From positions 90,706,001-90,770,000 of the forward strand of contig NC_067402.1 in NCBI RefSeq assembly GCF_016432865.1: DNA of 64,000 nt, given 5' to 3'. The position numbers and the translations under genes were made by a program. Below are positions 60,773 through 64,000 of the stretch, piece after piece. Each line of letters begins with the position of its first letter. The stretch's first letter is position 1. Below the pieces are notes generated by a model. That model had not been told where the DNA came from. It saw only the letters and a list, made by a program, of their open reading frames with translations, and did no database searches. The stretch is from Antechinus flavipes. Its lineage: Eukaryota.

Positions 60773-63700
60773 GTAAGGAGCCAAGCTGGGTGCGTGGGAA
60801 GGTGGGCAGGATGGGACCCGGGGCCGTCAGGAAGATGGATGGAGTGAGGATTTGTGCTGAAATGAAAATTGCCTTATGGCATGATCTGGAACAGAGGCTG
60901 TGGGAGTCCAGCAGGATGAGATTGTGTTCCTGGTTTAAAGTAGAGGGAGGGTTTCTCCAGGACTCTCCTCCCCAATTTTCAATTTCATTTGCGGCTTTGG
61001 GCAGCTGTGGCTCTTTGCGATTAAGGGTTTGCCGTGACATGTGACAAGACCTTAGTCCTGGCTAGCTCTTCTCTCCATTGAGAGCTTCAGAAAAATGTTA
61101 TCCCCAGAGAGGGAGGGGGTCTAGGATCCATCCCCCCCATGCTGTCCCACCTTCAGTCTTTAGTCTGTCCCCTGACAAAGCCCTGCACTGCCTCCCTTGG
61201 AGTTCTGCATCTTCATCCTACCCTGTGCAGGCTCTGTCCACTCTGGCACCAGGTGTCTCTGCTCAGTTGCAGCTTCCAGGCTTAGCTGCTCCTCACTTCC
61301 GGAGACCAGATAAACAGCCTGGGGGTCTGGTTTGGGGGAAAAGGGAGGAAGGAAATCTTTCCACCCAGTGGCCGGTGGGGTGGTGGCCATCGGCGCTCCC
61401 TGTAGGGCTGGGTTTATCCCCAGGACTGCTGTGGTTGTGCACTATGGGGTGTGACTCCGGAAGGCAGCTTTGGAGAAGGGTGCGGGAGGAGAAGGCAGGC
61501 CAGGAGAGCTGTCTCCTGTTGCTAAAAAGATGGGAGGCTTCCGTGCATACGTGTGGTTTCCCTAACAACTAAGCAAAATGCATCTATACTGTGTGATGCA
61601 CCATATACTCATAGACCTGCGTGACTTCTTTTCCTATTTGAGGTGACCCTTGTTCATTTCAGCCTGCCATCTGTGTGGACACATGAAAGAGAGAAGACAT
61701 TCATGCATTGTGATTTTCTTTGGGCTCATACTTTGGTAGGGATGGTTCTATCGGTGTGATCACATGTATTTGTACAAAGATTAGGTGCTGAGGTGGATAG
61801 TGCTGAACCTGAAGTTAGGAAGGCTTGAGTTCAAATCTTACCTAAGATACTAATTGTATGATACTGGGCCAATCACTTAACCTCTCTCTGCCTCAGTTTT
61901 GTTATTTGTGACATGTGGATAAGAATGTCTCCCATACAGAACAAAGGAGACTGAATGTAAATCAACACATGCTATTTCACTTCTTTCTGTTTTTTTTTAA
62001 TCTCTCCTATGATTTTCCCTTTTTGCTCTGATTTTTCTCTTTCAACATGATTCATAAAACAATGTGTATTTATTTTTAATACTTTTTTAAACTTTTTTTT
62101 TTTTACTAGAAATTTACTAGAAAAATAGCTCTCATATCTTAGGGTTGCTGTAAGCAAAACCTAATAGATATAAATGACTTTGCCAGCCTTAAAGCATTAT
62201 TATGATTATTATTAGACATGATCGTTTCCATGATCAAAACCATGCTGGTATATTTGATCTTGTTGATACTTGTCATTGGATTTAAAAAGTTGGGCTCCTA
62301 GGATCTTTGAGATCATCTAGTTGAATTATCTCCCTTATCTTAAAGATAAAGAAATCAAGTTTCAGAGAGTATCTTATATAGCTAGTAAGGAGACCACCTT
62401 GAACTGAGGTCCTCTTGATTCCAAAACCAATGATGTTTCCTCTGAATTTGATCTGAATCAGAAGCAGTGTAGTACGTGGGGCAATTGATGTCTTGTCAGT
62501 ATCAATATTGATGAATGCACTTTGATGGAAGCCTTTTAGAGCCTCGGGCTTAGTGGCCTGGCCTCTGTCAGACTTTTAATGTCTGCAGTCATGTTTTGGC
62601 ATGTGTTTTGATTTTTGTATTACCATATAGCTATAGACAAAGCCCATTATATATGATGGGGCTTTCTCTCCAGTCTATAATGCTATGGAGGCGTGGTTCT
62701 CAGCTAATCTGTCTTTGACTTGGGCTAGATATAGACCCAGCCAGCCCATTTGTAAAAATTCTGTAGGGAAGCATCACTGTGGACTTAAAGGAATCTCAGA
62801 GGAAGGAAAAAAAGGGGGAAAACTGTACCCTGGAGCTCCTGGCTCTGCTCTAGTGCTTTTCCATTAGACCAGGTTGCTATTCCAAATGGAACTCTGACCC
62901 AGATAAACCCCACACCTGCTTTCTCTTTGTGGCCCCTCCTGGCTCTTACCTAGTTTCCCTAAGGATCAGGTGTCTCCTGCCAGCCAACCTTTGCTGTGTA
63001 TCCCGCCATTCCTGGCTTCCATCCTAATCCTAGCATGATGAAAGATTTTCTCCATTTCCCCTTTGCCTGACATTAAGATGTCTGATTCCCAAGATGCTTG
63101 TCTTAGGGTGTCTGTGCTGGTGGATAGACACAAGCCTGGGAAGGAGAGGCGGTGGGAGCATTTTGAGGTGCTCCTACCACCTTTTCTTCTTTATCTTAAT
63201 CCCTTGGGGGTCTCCATCTGAGGGCAGTCAAGGCTTTGCCCTCGAGGCCCCGGAGTGGAGAAGAAGCAGGGGCAGGAGGATCTGAGGAGGAGGAGGGGCT
63301 GCTAGCTGGCAGGCGCCGCCATCGACAGCTGTGCAGTGTCCGTGTCTCCAGCTTCAGCTCTGCGCAGTATCAGGGCCTTAAGCCAGACAGCCTCATGAAT
63401 CAGCTGCCCCGGGCAGGGGGTGGGGGAGGTGGGGCTGGGGCTGTGCTGGTGGAGGGGTGGAGATGAAGGCTGGCAGTATTGGGCTTGGGCACTTGGACCT
63501 CTTGAATTGAATTGAATTGAAAGCCTGGGACATTACGAGTTTGAGGAGAATCCTGGCTGTATTTATTTTTTAAGTGCCTACTGTGTGCCAGACACCATAA
63601 GCTGGAGCTTTCAGTAGTATCAGTTAAGGAATGTCAAACTGGAATCAGGGACAGAATCAAAAATAGGCTCTATCCTGGTGGTGATTTCTTGATATCTCCT

Positions 63701-64000
63701 GAGCCGCAAAGGAGAGTGCTACTATTGACTGTATATAAATTGTGTGTATGTTTCCCATGAGTGAATCTACTCAAAGGTCCATGTTCACTGGGGTCCACTA
63801 AGAGAAGAGGGTGAATATGTGAGACTCAGAATTCAGTTGGTGAATGGCCTGGCAAATGGGGTCCTCCACACCAAATCTCTGCGGGAAAGGTCCCGGTCCA
63901 GGGCTTTGGGTAAAGGAAGGCAGTGAGCATCTGACCAGCTCTGGAGATTCTCTTTGTTTCTGGGGTTTGTGCCTGGAGGGAGTGAGCCCAGGGTGGATGG

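Overview
Eukaryotic (marsupial-like, probably dasyurid) genomic DNA, syntenic with the human 7q36.1 block in reverse orientation. It holds the 5' nine exons of ABCB8 (minus), a complete 13-coding-exon ATG9B (plus, 942 aa), all 26 coding exons of NOS3/eNOS (minus, 1193 aa if one 1-nt deletion in exon 10 is corrected) and the first two coding exons of KCNH2/hERG (plus). I walked the exons by hand, and splice sites and phases close consistently. The repeats fit a marsupial: WSINE1/MAR1/MIR-type SINEs, L1 and L3 fragments, and two hAT MITEs resembling the horizontally transferred OC1 family. Five N-gaps show a draft assembly. I found no prokaryotic system or CRISPR array. The most notable observations are an AT-AC minor-spliceosome intron in ATG9B with a nested in-frame GT-AG alternative, an apparent frameshift in the BH4-binding CPADW motif of NOS3, a two-unit G-rich minisatellite in NOS3 intron 9, upstream ORFs in KCNH2 and ABCB8, and an orphan promoter-like CpG island between NOS3 and KCNH2. 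Human protein and promoter comparisons and repeat family names are from memory, not database searches.
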